Assembly: GCA_041662665.1 (NCBI GenBank)
Contig: JBAZSC010000001.1
Span: 577,511 to 641,510, forward strand
From: Patescibacteria group bacterium
Lineage (GTDB): Bacteria > Patescibacteriota > JABMPQ01 > JAQVVF01
Reading direction: 5' to 3'
DNA: 64,000 bases
The notes beneath the pieces were generated by a model that worked only from the letters and a program-made list of their open reading frames with translations, had not been told where the DNA came from and searched no databases. A program made the position numbers and the translations under genes. Of this stretch, positions 42,187-51,451 are shown in pieces. Every line of letters begins with the position of its first letter. The stretch's first letter is position 1.

Positions 42187-43392
42187 ATGAAGTACAACGT
42201 TATTATGTTTAACATGTCAGAATTCCGAGAATGGAAATCTGGCATTGTTAATCGAAATTATCATATTTTACATAATCTATTAGAAAAGGATCAAATCAAC
42301 AAAATATTTGCTGTCGATTTTTTGCCTTACACAAAAAAACGCGCTTTAAAAATTTTAATGCGTTCAATATTAAAATCACCTGGTGGCAAAAGAATTCATT
42401 TTGACTTAACTTCAAGATTAACAAAAATTAGTGATAAGCTTTACGTTTATTCAACAATAGATTCAATATTTAGCGAACAAAAAGTTTACAAAAAAATAAA
42501 CAAACTGATTAACAAGTATGATCTTTTTAACAATTTAACAGTTAAGCAATCAAACAATTTATTAGTTTGGTCATATTTTCCAATGTTTTCTGGCTATTTT
42601 AACTATTTTAAAAATTCGAAAATTAATTCGCAAAAATTCGAAAAAGAATTCGAGTGCGTCAGCGTCTTTGATACAGTTGATAATTGGATGGAGCATCCAA
42701 ACTTTACTAATTATAAAGACAGAATCAAAAATAATTATGAAATAATTTCTAAAGAATCAGATTATATTTTTACAGTTTCCAAAGATTTGCTTAACATTTT
42801 TCCAAACGCCAAAAATAAAGAATGGATTCCAAATGGCGTTGATCTAGAACATTTTAATAAAAAATCTGACAAAACAATAATCCATGCTGGTCATCCAATT
42901 ATCGGCTATGTTGGTACAATTGAAAAAAGATTGGATTTTGAATTGATAAAATATTTAAGCCTAAAAAATCCAGAAAAATCAATTGTTTTAATTGGCCCAG
43001 TTTGGAAAAACGCTCAAGTTGATGAACTAAAATCACAAAACAATATTCATTTTCTGGGCAGAAAATCATATTCAGAACTTCCATATTATATTAATGAGTT
43101 TGATGTTTGTATCATTCCTCACAAAATTGACAAATTCACAAAATCAATGAATCCATTAAAACTTTATGAATATTTGGCTTGTGGCAAACCAATTGTTACA
43201 ACCAAAGTTTCTGGCATCGAAAAGTTCCAAGAATTAATTTACACAGCTAAAACAAAAGAAGAATTCAATGAAAAAATAAGTCAAGCTTTATCAGAAAATA
43301 GTAAAGAGAAAATCGAAAGCAGAAAAAATGCAGTTCAAGATGAAAATTGGAAAAACAGAGTTAATCAAATGTTAGAAACAATCTCAAAATAA
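42187..43392 (+). CDS. GT-B glycosyltransferase (TuaH-like GT4)
   Basis: IPNGVD, IGYVGTIEKRLD, MNPLKLYEYLACGKP; ATG 42187. Confidence 0.88.
   Translation: MKYNVIMFNMSEFREWKSGIVNRNYHILHNLLEKDQINKIFAVDFLPYTKKRALKILMRSILKSPGGKRIHFDLTSRLTKISDKLYVYSTIDSIFSEQKVYKKINKLINKYDLFNNLTVKQSNNLLVWSYFPMFSGYFNYFKNSKINSQKFEKEFECVSVFDTVDNWMEHPNFTNYKDRIKNNYEIISKESDYIFTVSKDLLNIFPNAKNKEWIPNGVDLEHFNKKSDKTIIHAGHPIIGYVGTIEKRLDFELIKYLSLKNPEKSIVLIGPVWKNAQVDELKSQNNIHFLGRKSYSELPYYINEFDVCIIPHKIDKFTKSMNPLKLYEYLACGKPIVTTKVSGIEKFQELIYTAKTKEEFNEKISQALSENSKEKIESRKNAVQDENWKNRVNQMLETISK
42527..42561 (+). repeat. AACAATTT-family 8-mer tract, in frame in CDS
   Basis: ttaacaatttaacagttaagcaatcaaacaattta (NNLTVKQSNNL); related to 49271-49301. 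Confidence 0.6.
42613..42655 (+). repeat. ATTCGAAAA-family element, in frame in CDS
   Basis: aattcgaaaattaattcgcaaaaattcgaaaaagaattcgagt (NSKINSQKFEKEFE). Confidence 0.8.
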
Positions 43393-43400
43393 AACGCTCC

Positions 43401-43498
43401 GAAACTTGGTTTCCTGTGTTAATATTCACAGCCATTATAAATAAATTAGACTTAAATAAAATTTGCATATTTAGAAAATTAGTACGAAACCGAGTTTC
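43401..43498. repeat. Inverted pair of short palindromes (REPIN-like)
   Basis: GAAAC-ttg-GTTTC (43401) and GAAAC-cga-GTTTC (43486). Confidence 0.5.
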
Positions 43499-43513
43499 TT
43501 AAGATAATTCACA

Positions 43514-45475
43514 ATGAAACATTTCAAAAAATATTTATTCCCAATTCTTATAATCGCAATAGCGTTTCTTTTTTATTTTCCTTCTCTTAATGACAATTTT
43601 TTGTCAGACGATTATGATCATTTAATGTTTGCCAGATCGGTTGATAATGTAAAAATGATTCCGGGCATCTTCAAGATTCCAGGCGATATGTATCGACCAG
43701 TCATGAATTTATCAATTGTCATTGATTATTTAATTTATCATTACCATCCAACAGGCTTCCATTTTACAAGTTTATTATTATTTATTTTGTCTGCACTCTT
43801 AATTTATGCAATTGTCAAAAAGATTTCTAAAAATAGCTTAATGTCTTTTTTTGCTAGCTTAATTTTTATTGTCATTCCAAATCATTTCGAAACAACAATT
43901 TGGATCGCTGGCCGAACAGATTTGCTTGCTTGTTTTTTCTATTTATTAACAATTTATTTATTTATCCAATTTATTTTTAAAGAAAAATATTCTTGGCTCA
44001 TTTTATCTTATTTAGCTGCCATTCCCACATTTTTCAGTAAAGAAATTTCCATGACCTTGCCATTCACAATTGCCTTAATCTATTTAGTCTACTTAAGAAA
44101 AGAATCAAAGTTTAGCTTCAAAAAAATATTCTTGCTTTGGCTACCTTATATTGCACTTCTCATCATTTACTTAGTAATTCGTAAACAAATCGTCGGCAGT
44201 TGGATCGGAGGCTACAGATTATTTGGCGAAGTGTCTTCAACGTCTTTCTCTCCAAAAGCAATTTTATTGCCATTTTATTTTGTAAAATATCTATTTAATT
44301 TTGATTACCTTGCATCTTTTATTCCCAAATTTGCTACCAATTTTTCTGCTAATTTAGTTGCCATTTCAGGAATTGCAATTTTTTCAATTACAGCATTTTT
44401 ATTAAATTTAAAAAATCTCAAAAATCTAAAATTTTGGAAAAATATTGTCTTTTTAATTTTCATTACATATTTCGTCTCCATTCCAAATTTTTCAATTCTG
44501 CCTTCTTTGAAATTAAATTTAATGAATACTAGAGTCTTGTACATCGCCTCAATTCCAATTGCCATTTTAATCTCATATTTAATTTTTTCTACCCTCCCCA
44601 TGGGAGGGGTGGGCAAAAAGCTAAGAATAATTTTTGCATCTTTGATTTGCATTATCTTTAGCATCGGATTTTTCTTTAATTACATGCCTTGGCACAAGGC
44701 CCAAGCTAAATCAAAAATAATTCTAGATAGTATACAACAATTGCATCCAGAATTTTCCCAAATAGTTTATGCAACTTATGACAAAGAATTATTTTTCAAA
44801 AATTTGCCAGACAATATTTATGGCGCCTTTGTTTATCGCAATGGATTTCCAGAAGCTTTAAGAATTAAATTTAATAATAAAAAGATTTTCGTAAATCCAA
44901 AAGAAAAAATTGTTTGGGTTGTTAAAAATAATAAGGATGCCATTACATCTTTATGTAATTTCAAAAAAAATCCGCAGACAACTGGAATTCAAGTTTTTAA
45001 TTGGAATGACCTAGATGAAGTAAACAGATTTATTGAACAGCCAAGCATCGCCGAAAAACAAGAAAATAAAAAAATACTTAAACAACAATATTCTCAGCAA
45101 ATTCAAGAGTTTAATCAACAATTAAACAATTTAGCGCTTGAGCAATTTAACAATATAAATTCAAGTGGAAAAACAACAGCATTAAAAAGTCCTGAATTAA
45201 ATTTTCCTCCACAAATTATTGATGAATTAAGTTTTAAAATGACAGCGCAACAAAATTCTATCGCTGACTTTTTATGGCGTACAAAAAATTCAAAATTTAA
45301 CGACTTAAATAATAATATTTTACTGCCAATTAAAGCAGGGGATAATGAATACAAAATTGATTTAACAAAATGCCCAGCCTGGTTTACATCAACAACAAAT
45401 GATATCAACCAATTTGAATTAATTCCAACTGAAAAAAGACAGAAAATTAAAATAGATAATATAGAAATAAAATAA
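43514..45475 (+). CDS. GT-C-like (TMTC/PMT-type) membrane glycosyltransferase
   Basis: FLSDDY, YRPV, HFETTIWIAGRTDLL, FSKE; many TM. Confidence 0.75.
   Translation: MKHFKKYLFPILIIAIAFLFYFPSLNDNFLSDDYDHLMFARSVDNVKMIPGIFKIPGDMYRPVMNLSIVIDYLIYHYHPTGFHFTSLLLFILSALLIYAIVKKISKNSLMSFFASLIFIVIPNHFETTIWIAGRTDLLACFFYLLTIYLFIQFIFKEKYSWLILSYLAAIPTFFSKEISMTLPFTIALIYLVYLRKESKFSFKKIFLLWLPYIALLIIYLVIRKQIVGSWIGGYRLFGEVSSTSFSPKAILLPFYFVKYLFNFDYLASFIPKFATNFSANLVAISGIAIFSITAFLLNLKNLKNLKFWKNIVFLIFITYFVSIPNFSILPSLKLNLMNTRVLYIASIPIAILISYLIFSTLPMGGVGKKLRIIFASLICIIFSIGFFFNYMPWHKAQAKSKIILDSIQQLHPEFSQIVYATYDKELFFKNLPDNIYGAFVYRNGFPEALRIKFNNKKIFVNPKEKIVWVVKNNKDAITSLCNFKKNPQTTGIQVFNWNDLDEVNRFIEQPSIAEKQENKKILKQQYSQQIQEFNQQLNNLALEQFNNINSSGKTTALKSPELNFPPQIIDELSFKMTAQQNSIADFLWRTKNSKFNDLNNNILLPIKAGDNEYKIDLTKCPAWFTSTTNDINQFELIPTEKRQKIKIDNIEIK
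44587..44610 (+). repeat. REP-like hairpin, in-frame copy
   Basis: ttctaccctccccatgggaggggt, identical to 46830-46853; encodes STLPMGG. Confidence 0.85.
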
Positions 45476-45497
45476 AAAAATCATGTTTTCACATGAT
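45474..45497 (-). terminator. Intrinsic terminator (cassette E)
   Basis: A-run, then ATCATGT-tttc-ACATGAT. Confidence 0.65.
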
Positions 45498-45784
45498 CAA
45501 AAGTTCCATTTTATGCCTTTCTTCAACGAATCAATTCGTTTGAATGCTATTAAAATAATTATTACTGCTTCGCCTAAACCAAGAAACAAAAGACCCTCAT
45601 CCCCCTCTTTTAAATAGAAACCACCCAGTATTAACATAAAAGAAAGAAAAATCCCAAATTTCCAAAATCGTATTGAATCAAGCCAACTCTTTTTCTTAGC
45701 AAAGAAAACATATGAAATAATAATTGTACAAGAAAACATTACGATACAAAACAAACACTTTAGTATTAGCATTATTGTTTCCAT
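45497..45784 (-). CDS. Orphan three-TM membrane protein (cassette E)
   Basis: SD GGAGGAGGAGG upstream; hydrophobic. Confidence 0.72.
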   Translation of the reverse strand: METIMLILKCLFCIVMFSCTIIISYVFFAKKKSWLDSIRFWKFGIFLSFMLILGGFYLKEGDEGLLFLGLGEAVIIILIAFKRIDSLKKGIKWNF

Positions 45785-45789
45785 CCCTT

Positions 45790-45853
45790 CCTCCTCCTCC
45801 AGTTTCTGCTTTCAACGACAACCAAATATAGCATAAATTAAAAATAATATCAA
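45790..45853 (-). promoter_or_regulatory. Sigma70 promoter and strong SD (cassette E)
   Basis: Minus strand TTGATA-17-TATATT with TG extension; GGAGGAGGAGG. Confidence 0.65.
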
Positions 45854-45913
45854 ATAATATAACAATTTATATTTATTCTAACCAAAATTATTAATATTTA
45901 ATATTCAACATTC

Positions 45914-46828
45914 ATGCTTCTCTCAATCATCATAGTCAACTGGAACACTAAAGAATTATTACGCAAATGCATTCAATCAATCATGTCAAACGCGCCTAGT
46001 TTTGATTATGAAATAATTGTCATCGACAATGCCTCAACTGATGGTTCAGCTGATATGCTAAAATATGAGCTTTCCAAAGATCAATATTTAGATCGTTTTG
46101 ATTCTGTTACCAATGCTCATGTCATTATCAATGAAAAAAACTTAGGCTTTGCAAAAGCAAACAATCAAGGAATAAAAAGAGCAAAAGGGGATTATATTTT
46201 ATTATTAAATCCAGATACCGAAGTCCAGCATAATTGTCTTCAAAGAACAGTTAATTTTTTGAATGAATTCAAAGAAGTTGGAATTTTAGGATGCAAACTT
46301 TTAAATCCAGACAGAACACTTCAACATTCAGTCAGAAAATTTCCAACTCTCATGTCTCAAGTTCTAATTCTCTTAAAACTTCATAATTTATTTCCAACCT
46401 TAAAGTCCTTACAAAATTACTTTCTTCCAAACTTTGATTACAATAAAAGCCAAGAAGTTGACCAAGTCATGGGCGCATATTTTTTAATTAACAGAAAAGT
46501 AATAGACAAAATTGGCATGCTGGATGAAAAATATTGGATCTGGTTTGAAGAAGTTGATTATTGCAAAATGGCCAAAAATGCTGGTTTTCAAGTTTATTAT
46601 TTCAAAGATGCAGAAACAATCCATCAAAAAGCCCAAGCTTTTAATCAAGTTTTAGGAATAAAAAAACAAGTTTATTTAAATAATTCACTTTTGCATTATT
46701 TCAATAAATTCCATTCACTATTTAGCGTTCTTGTAATTTTATTTTTATATCCAATAAGTTTATTTTTAGCCTTGATTGTTGATTTTGTAAAATTGTTTAT
46801 TCCCGTAAAGAAAAAAGAAAACCTTTAG
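45914..46828 (+). CDS. Glycosyltransferase family 2 (WbbL-like)
   Basis: SIIIVNWNT, DNASTDG, LLNPDT, WFEEVDYC. Confidence 0.92.
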   Translation: MLLSIIIVNWNTKELLRKCIQSIMSNAPSFDYEIIVIDNASTDGSADMLKYELSKDQYLDRFDSVTNAHVIINEKNLGFAKANNQGIKRAKGDYILLLNPDTEVQHNCLQRTVNFLNEFKEVGILGCKLLNPDRTLQHSVRKFPTLMSQVLILLKLHNLFPTLKSLQNYFLPNFDYNKSQEVDQVMGAYFLINRKVIDKIGMLDEKYWIWFEEVDYCKMAKNAGFQVYYFKDAETIHQKAQAFNQVLGIKKQVYLNNSLLHYFNKFHSLFSVLVILFLYPISLFLALIVDFVKLFIPVKKKENL

Positions 46829-46829
46829 C

Positions 46830-46854
46830 TTCTACCCTCCCCATGGGAGGGGTT
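46830..46854 (+). repeat. REP-like hairpin upstream of RAYT
   Basis: TTCTACC-CTCCC-CAT-GGGAG-GGGTT. Confidence 0.85.
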
Positions 46855-46881
46855 TGTGAAACAAAAATAAAACAAAAATCA

Positions 46882-47496
46882 ATGCAACAACCCCTTCCAC
46901 AAAAACAAAAAATATTTTGGCAAGATAATTCTTTTTATTTTTTAACAACCTCAACATTTCTGCATTATCCATATTTTAAAGTGCCTGAACAAAAACAAAT
47001 TGTTTTAAATAAATTCAAGCAAATCAAAGAGATTTTAAAAGTTCCTTTTCAATCACACAGCATTGCAATCAACCATTTTCATATTATGTTTTATTTAAAA
47101 TCCGGAAAAACAATGGCTCAACTAAAAAATATGTTGCACAGTGGAATATCAAGAGAATACAAAAAATTTTATCAAATCAAATGCAAAAATTTCTGGCAAA
47201 CAACAAAAATATTTTTTATTAAGGATGAAAAAATGTACTGGCAAATTATTGGATACATCAATGGCAATCTACTAAAACATCGAGAAGTTAGCAGATTTGA
47301 AGACTTAAAAGAGAATCCTTTTTCAAGCTACAAATATTATGCAGAAAAATATGGCGATGAAACAATGCAAGGATTAATTCGAAATGTTATAAATCTTGAC
47401 GAAGACAATGAAGGAACGCTTGATCTTAAACAGCTTAAATCATTAAAAACAAAGAATTTACCTCAAACCACGCAACCCTTGGCATGGCCAAGGTAG
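46882..47496 (+). mobile_element. REP-associated tyrosine transposase (RAYT/TnpA-REP, Y1 HUH family)
   Basis: YFLTTST, HUH motif in AINHFHIMF, FWQ...IKDE, catalytic YINGNLLK, PFSS; flanked by hairpin repeats; ATG 46882. Confidence 0.85.
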
Positions 47497-47524
47497 AAGT
47501 TCTACCCTGCCCACGGCAGGGGTT
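47474..47524. repeat. Inverted pair of REP-like hairpins downstream of RAYT
   Basis: 47474-47498 reverse complement TTCTACC-TTGGC-CAT-GCCAA-GGGTT; 47500-47524 TTCTACC-CTGCC-CAC-GGCAG-GGGTT. Confidence 0.88.
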
Positions 47525-47541
47525 CGTAAAACAAGCAAAAA

Positions 47542-49263
47542 TCATTCAATCATTATCTTCTTAAACTCAACTGAACCCTTTTTACTTCCTACAAAATCCA
47601 ATCTAATAATCTGCACCAAATCATTTTTTCTTAAATCAAAATCAAATTCATAAGCATGAAATTTTCCATCTTTATGAATTTTTTTTATAACAGAATTACT
47701 AGACAAAAAATCCTTATCGCCAAGATATCTAAATTCAACTTTCAACTTTTTAAATTCAGTATTCTTTAATTTTAATTTTAAACATTTAACAACATTAGTA
47801 TCCAATCTCAAATTCGGATCACTTCTCAAAAATGCATCTTTCTTATTTATTTTTAAAACATAATTCTTATTTTTATTTTTCCATTTAGAATTTTTAGCAA
47901 TCCATTTTTTAGATATTAAATTATATTTTTCATCATTCGAAATTAATGGTTTATGTTCATTTGTCCAATCAATATGCAAAAAAGCATTCTTATTTAAAAA
48001 CGCTAGAATAATCAAAATCAAAACTGGCATAATAAATTTTAACTTGCCAGCAAAAATAATATTTATTGCCAAAACAAACATTAACATTGCAGAAAATAAT
48101 GCTGGCAAAAGATATCGTCCTTGTGGCTGATAATTATCTAAGCTGTAATAAAAAGTTGTCAAAAAAGCAACAATAAAAAACAAAAATATTATCAAAACAA
48201 TATTAAATTTATCTTTTTGCTTTTTCCAAATTAAAAATAAAGAAACAGGCAATAATATTGCAACTAAAATTAAAAAATATAAAAAATAATCATAATATTT
48301 TGGATCAAAACCGATATTAGCTTGTCCAAAAACACCTAAAAAATTCTTAAATAATTCATTTAGCCAAGTTACAAAATTATTAAAATTCCATAGATCTCGA
48401 TGCTGTCCTTCCCAAAATTTATTGGCAAATTTCAATCCAAAGATGTCACCAACAAAAATCAGATTTCTAAACATCCAAGCAAAGCAAACAATCAAAGCAG
48501 GCGATAAAGTAAATTTCAAATAATCTTTCCAATTGTTTCTATTTTTCCAAAATATAATTATTAAAAATAACATTGCAAATGGATACAACGTCAATTTTGT
48601 CAAAAACGCCAAACCAGCAATCACTCCACAAACGAATAAATCAAGATTAAAAAATCGTAATTCGCCAATTCGCATATTCGTATCATTTGCATAAATTCGT
48701 ATATTTGTATTATGCTTAACAACAAAATACAGCATCATCACACCCAGCAAATTAGCTAAAACATCATTATTAAGCACCCCAGAAATAAACAAAAACATTG
48801 GCCAAAAACAAAAAGCCAATGTCAAACTATAATAAATTATTCTTTCTTTGTCCGCCGTAGTCCCGCAGGCTTGTCTGCCGTAGCCGAAGCGAAGGCAGGA
48901 CGAAGGCGGATTAAACAATAACTTAGCGGTAAGAAAAGCAAAAATGACGGTTAAAACGCCAAGCAAGCTTGAAAAAAATCTTAAAATTTTTATTTCGGAA
49001 TCAATTAATATTTTATTTTTTAAGACAAGATCAATAGGCGATAAAAAAAGATAATATAATGGCGGTTGATGCGCTTCCCAAAAAGAAGTTTTATTTGTTA
49101 GAGCAGGAAAGTGATGATTATTATTTAAAAATCTGATATATTCAAAATGAGAGAACTCATCTGGTGCAGAAAACTTTTCTGTCTTAAAATTATATATATT
49201 TGCAACAATCAAAAATATCCCACACATCAGAATTAAGAAAATAGCATCAACTTTATTTTTCAT
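47542..49263 (-). CDS. GT-C-like membrane glycosyltransferase (DUF2142/ArnT-like)
   Basis: APDEFSHFEY, EAHQPPLYY, VLNND, FLTK, QPQGRYLLP. Confidence 0.78.
   Translation of the reverse strand: MKNKVDAIFLILMCGIFLIVANIYNFKTEKFSAPDEFSHFEYIRFLNNNHHFPALTNKTSFWEAHQPPLYYLFLSPIDLVLKNKILIDSEIKILRFFSSLLGVLTVIFAFLTAKLLFNPPSSCLRFGYGRQACGTTADKERIIYYSLTLAFCFWPMFLFISGVLNNDVLANLLGVMMLYFVVKHNTNIRIYANDTNMRIGELRFFNLDLFVCGVIAGLAFLTKLTLYPFAMLFLIIIFWKNRNNWKDYLKFTLSPALIVCFAWMFRNLIFVGDIFGLKFANKFWEGQHRDLWNFNNFVTWLNELFKNFLGVFGQANIGFDPKYYDYFLYFLILVAILLPVSLFLIWKKQKDKFNIVLIIFLFFIVAFLTTFYYSLDNYQPQGRYLLPALFSAMLMFVLAINIIFAGKLKFIMPVLILIILAFLNKNAFLHIDWTNEHKPLISNDEKYNLISKKWIAKNSKWKNKNKNYVLKINKKDAFLRSDPNLRLDTNVVKCLKLKLKNTEFKKLKVEFRYLGDKDFLSSNSVIKKIHKDGKFHAYEFDFDLRKNDLVQIIRLDFVGSKKGSVEFKKIMIE
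48652..48713 (+). repeat. ATTYG-family element, in frame in CDS
   Basis: aattcgccaattcgcatattcgtatcatttgcataaattcgtatatttgtatt; minus-strand HNTNIRIYANDTNMRIGELR. Confidence 0.8.
48848..48910 (+). repeat. Nested GC-rich palindromic elements, in frame in CDS
   Basis: ttgtccgccgtagtcccgcagg[cttgtctgccgtagccgaagcgaaggcagg]acgaaggcgga. Confidence 0.85.
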
Positions 49264-49270
49264 AACAAAT

Positions 49271-49301
49271 CAATTTAACAATTTAACAATTCAGCAATTT
49301 A
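49271..49301 (+). repeat. AACAATTT-family 8-mer tract
   Basis: caatttaacaatttaacaattcagcaattta. Confidence 0.7.
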
Positions 49302-49313
49302 GTTTAGTCTATC

Positions 49314-50501
49314 ATGAAAATAAAAAAAATTTTAGCATTAATACCAGCCTTGATTATTTTAATTTTTCCATTCTTTTCGCAAGCTTACAATATTCAAGAC
49401 TATATTAAAACAACATATAATCGTTATTCAAAACATTTTGACAAAAATGGCTGGCATTATAATCAGCCAAATTATTCTATAGATAACAAATACCCAAACA
49501 CTGCGCGCGAATGGTCAATGTTTGCATCTTATTATTATAATCGATTAGATAATCAAAAAACAAAAATACAGATTAAGGCAGCTTTAAACAATGCAATCCT
49601 AGAATTGCAGGCTAGACCAACAATCACTCAATCATTTAACGATTCAATCGCTCATTACTTAATTTATCAGCAAAAAAACTTATTTAGCAAAGAGGAAAAA
49701 GAAATTTATTATTCTCAAGTAAAAGAATCACTTTTCGCTAGAGTGAATATTAACGATAGTGAAAATCGAGGAATAATTGCTGGAGTTCTAGATTCATATT
49801 TAGCTAACAAACTATATTTTGATAAACAAATTGATAGGCAACAATACAAATTTCTAATTAAAAGAAACAAGCAAAAAATTTCCAAAAGCATAAATCAATG
49901 TATTGATGAAAATGACTGGTATTTTGAAGGCGATCAAAAATATTTTTCAACCCATTATCATGTTTTATCAGCATATTTGTTAATGTTCTACAGTGATTAT
50001 TTTAACAACGAAAAATATCTAGATTTGTCCAAAAAAATGACATCAAACATCAGAAAACTAACTTTCCAGAATGGATTTATTGAGGCAAAAATAGGCATGC
50101 GACCAATTGGCTTGGGCGCTCAAACATATTTAATGCTTGGCATTTTAAACAAAAGATTTAACCACAAAGATTATAGTGTTTATTTAAATTATGTTAAACC
50201 TCGTTTTTTTAATGATAAAGCATCTCCAAATCGCTTAGAATTTCATTCAACTATGATAGACACAGAACCAAATTATCATGACGATATTGGATTCAGTTTG
50301 ATTGCTGAAATTTCCAAGAATGATAATAAAATAATAAACACAAAATTTAAAAAAGAAATAAATAGAATAAATTTAAAAAATAACTCGTATCAAGATAAAA
50401 GGTTTACAATAAAAAATAATGGTGGGATAATTATAATAAATAATAAAGAATACCAACTCGCCACAAACGGCGATTATTCCCGAATCTTCACGATTAAATA
50501 G
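49314..50501 (+). CDS. Secreted hypothetical protein
   Basis: Signal peptide; aromatic-rich; no family recognised with confidence. Confidence 0.75.
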   Translation: MKIKKILALIPALIILIFPFFSQAYNIQDYIKTTYNRYSKHFDKNGWHYNQPNYSIDNKYPNTAREWSMFASYYYNRLDNQKTKIQIKAALNNAILELQARPTITQSFNDSIAHYLIYQQKNLFSKEEKEIYYSQVKESLFARVNINDSENRGIIAGVLDSYLANKLYFDKQIDRQQYKFLIKRNKQKISKSINQCIDENDWYFEGDQKYFSTHYHVLSAYLLMFYSDYFNNEKYLDLSKKMTSNIRKLTFQNGFIEAKIGMRPIGLGAQTYLMLGILNKRFNHKDYSVYLNYVKPRFFNDKASPNRLEFHSTMIDTEPNYHDDIGFSLIAEISKNDNKIINTKFKKEINRINLKNNSYQDKRFTIKNNGGIIIINNKEYQLATNGDYSRIFTIK

Positions 50502-50515
50502 TTTTACGAAGCATT

Positions 50516-50581
50516 TATTCGAAAAGGTATTCGCTTATATTCGCAAAAGTATTAGAGTGAGCCCCGAAAAAGTATTAGAGT
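50516..50581 (+). repeat. ATTCGAAAA-family element with partial duplication
   Basis: tattcgaaaaggtattcgcttatattcgcaaaagtattagagt...aaaagtattagagt. Confidence 0.75.
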
Positions 50582-50589
50582 AAGGCAAC

Positions 50590-50614
50590 AAAAAAGACTA
50601 CAAGCAGTAGTCTT
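50590..50614 (-). terminator. Intrinsic terminator (cassette F)
   Basis: A-run with AAGACTAC-aagca-GTAGTCTT. Confidence 0.75.
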
Positions 50615-51332
50615 AACCCAAAATGATCTTCAATAAATGTGCAGTATTCGTCAAGTCGTCAAACAGATAATCAGGAGATGCAATTACTAATTCTTCTCTA
50701 GAAACCAATCCAGTAGAAACACCAATCGTTTTTACACCAGCAATTTTTCCTGTTTTAACATCTCTAGGCGTATCACCAAACAGAAAAACCCTGTCTTCAG
50801 GTGCCCAATGATTTTCTTCATTTTTCTTCAAAGCCATTTTGACCAAATCTAAACGCTGTAATGCTTGATCACCAAATTGCCTAATTCTGAAAAATGGAAT
50901 CAATCCAGCTTTCCGAAGTTTACATTTAGCAATTCCTTCAACAGCACCAGTAACAACTCCCAACGCAACACCATTTCTAATCAATGCCCTAAGCAGTTCT
51001 TTCACTCCTGGCAAAGCACAAATTTCCATTTGCCTAACATCAGATTCATAAAACGCAGCCATTTCCGAAAAAATTGCAAATAACTTTTCATGAGCTACAA
51101 TTTTATCCATTCCATATTTTGCAAGCAAAGCATAAATCAATTGCGTGTCTGTCAAACCATGGTAATCAATTCCATCCAAAGAAGCATCCTTAATCCCACA
51201 AACTTTTTCCAATGCATAATAAACTGCTTTTCCATGCCCACCATTGTTAATTCCAGACGGAATCAAAGTTCCATCCATATCAAACAAAACCAAAACCTTA
51301 AACATATAGCTCCTGAACTGTGCATCTGACAT
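50613..51332 (-). CDS. HAD-superfamily hydrolase (cassette F)
   Basis: LFDMDGTL, VVTG, FGDTPRDV; SD AGAGGAGGG. Confidence 0.9.
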   Translation of the reverse strand: MSDAQFRSYMFKVLVLFDMDGTLIPSGINNGGHGKAVYYALEKVCGIKDASLDGIDYHGLTDTQLIYALLAKYGMDKIVAHEKLFAIFSEMAAFYESDVRQMEICALPGVKELLRALIRNGVALGVVTGAVEGIAKCKLRKAGLIPFFRIRQFGDQALQRLDLVKMALKKNEENHWAPEDRVFLFGDTPRDVKTGKIAGVKTIGVSTGLVSREELVIASPDYLFDDLTNTAHLLKIILG

Positions 51333-51335
51333 CTC

Positions 51336-51408
51336 TCCCTCCTCTGCATGTAAAGAACCTACCGAAATCTGACTAATAAAATATATACTAAATAAGTATT
51401 TTTGTCAA
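51336..51408 (-). promoter_or_regulatory. Sigma70 promoter and strong SD (cassette F)
   Basis: Minus strand TTGACA(51408-51403)-17-TATATT; AGAGGAGGGA. Confidence 0.7.
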
Positions 51409-51451
51409 AGCTTTAATATAAAAATAAATATTTAACTCAAAACAAAAAATA

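Noticed and set aside
16541-46881. Long N-terminal extensions in the ORF track (16541, 28507, 30512, 35418, 35896, 37888, 42091, 46843)
   Set aside because: They run through repeat tracts, promoters or REP hairpins; downstream starts fit signal peptides, SD spacing or family N-termini better
46882-47496. IS200/IS605 element with tnpB
   Set aside because: No tnpB; the FWQ and YIxxN...SS motifs and multiple flanking hairpins fit a RAYT
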